Shown here piece by piece: positions 51,363 to 51,771 of a stretch of DNA of 51,771 nt. The translations under genes and the position numbers were made by a program. The stretch is taken from the NCBI GenBank assembly GCA_014859085.1, contig JACUUY010000002.1, positions 1 through 51,771 on the forward strand, written 5' to 3'. The notes under the pieces were generated by a model, which did not search any database, had not been told where the DNA came from, and saw only the letters and a list, made by a program, of their open reading frames with translations. How positions within the stretch are numbered: the stretch's first letter is position 1; each line of letters starts with the position of its first letter. Origin of the DNA: a candidate division WOR-3 bacterium (GTDB taxonomy: Bacteria; Hydrothermota; Tepidihabitantia; SM23-42).

Positions 51363-51771
51363 ATGGTTTTGTTTCTTCTCGCATTGATGGCCTACAACCC
51401 ACAAACACTGACCGTGCCGCCCTTTAAGCACACCCTTGGTTTCTATCGGGCGTCGAGATACTACCTGCAGCTCTTTCTGGGCCCTGATTATGACTACAGC
51501 GACCCCCAGGGTGTTGCTGCGGTCAAACTGCGTGAACTCGATGACCCCAAGACGCGCCGGGATGACGATGAACTGACCCTGTTTGCCGTGAATTCTGTCC
51601 CGGGGCACATTCTATACAACACAGGTTTGGCCGGGGTGAGGTTGTACGGCGGGCCGGATCTGCTATCTTCGCCCAAAGGTATTGCAGCAAACGCGGACGG
51701 GCTTATTGCGGTAGCCGATTTCGGCAACCGAAGGGTGGTGAAACTCCAGTATCAAGCCGGCAACCTTATCG
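51363..51771 (+). CDS. NHL-repeat protein, 3' end runs off the window (not in the supplied ORF track)
   Basis: My own translation from the ATG at 51363 gives MVLFLLALMAYNPQTLTVPPFKH...LYGGPDLLSSPKGIAANADGLIAVADFGNRRVVKLQYQAGNLI. The frame is open to the window end. GIA.....G.I.VAD..N.R.V is an NHL-repeat signature. Confidence 0.7.
   Translation, partial: MVLFLLALMAYNPQTLTVPPFKHTLGFYRASRYYLQLFLGPDYDYSDPQGVAAVKLRELDDPKTRRDDDELTLFAVNSVPGHILYNTGLAGVRLYGGPDLLSSPKGIAANADGLIAVADFGNRRVVKLQYQAGNLI

Noticed and set aside
51270-51608. A 112-aa minus-strand ORF in the last intergenic region.
   Set aside because: It overlaps the divergent promoters and the better-supported plus-strand NHL-repeat gene that starts at 51363, and it has no SD or motifs.
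1-51771. A search for CRISPR arrays, transposases, integrases, phage genes, toxin-antitoxin pairs and known defence-system genes.
   Set aside because: None was recognised by eye on either strand. Apart from the tandem paralogous genes at 2353-6998, the only repeated DNA noticed is the two-copy structured element and short operator-like repeats.

Overview
This is a densely coding 51.8-kb window, moderately GC-rich by eye, from what looks like an uncultured anaerobic bacterium. Four secreted proteins carry Por/T9SS-type C-terminal sorting tails, which suggests an FCB-type candidate lineage; that taxonomic guess is low confidence. I found no rRNA, tRNA, CRISPR array, transposase, integrase or recognisable defence genes.

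Content from left to right:
- A 5'-truncated TPR/wHTH/BTAD regulator, followed by two tandem paralogous T9SS cargo proteins of an unrecognised family.
- A long minus-strand supercluster (7.0-20.0 kb): GlcD-like FAD oxidase, LplA-like lipoate ligase, HdrC-HdrB-HdrA/MvhD, MvhG-MvhA [NiFe] hydrogenase with its maturation protease, two radical SAM genes and tyrS.
- An island of unknown lipoprotein, alpha-helical, thioesterase and beta-propeller genes.
- Assorted redox and methyltransferase genes, then maf, an APC permease fused to an EIIA domain, mscL with a zinc-ribbon tail, and glgB-malQ.
- A beta-helix T9SS protein, arsM, an amidohydrolase and a flavodoxin.
- A minus-strand 2-hydroxyacid cluster (44.5-51.1 kb): two tandem MDH-type dehydrogenases, a LarA-like racemase, an orphan GcvH-like lipoyl carrier and a GlcD-FeS-CCG fusion.

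The observations I consider most worth follow-up:
- A roughly 90-nt structured intercistronic element occurs twice inside the hdr/mvh supercluster. Its 45-nt core is identical at 42 positions and one stem base pair covaries. Each copy carries an SD and a mini-ORF that abuts or overlaps the start of a cofactor-maturation gene (radical SAM activase, lipoate ligase).
- Hdr, CCG and GlcD genes are repeatedly linked to lipoate genes in a non-methanogen context.
- Promoters are strikingly regular (TTGACA-like, 16 nt, TATAAT-like), and four of them sit so close to the start codon that the mRNAs would be leaderless or nearly so.

All family assignments come from motif recognition by eye. No database search, RNA folding or statistics were run.
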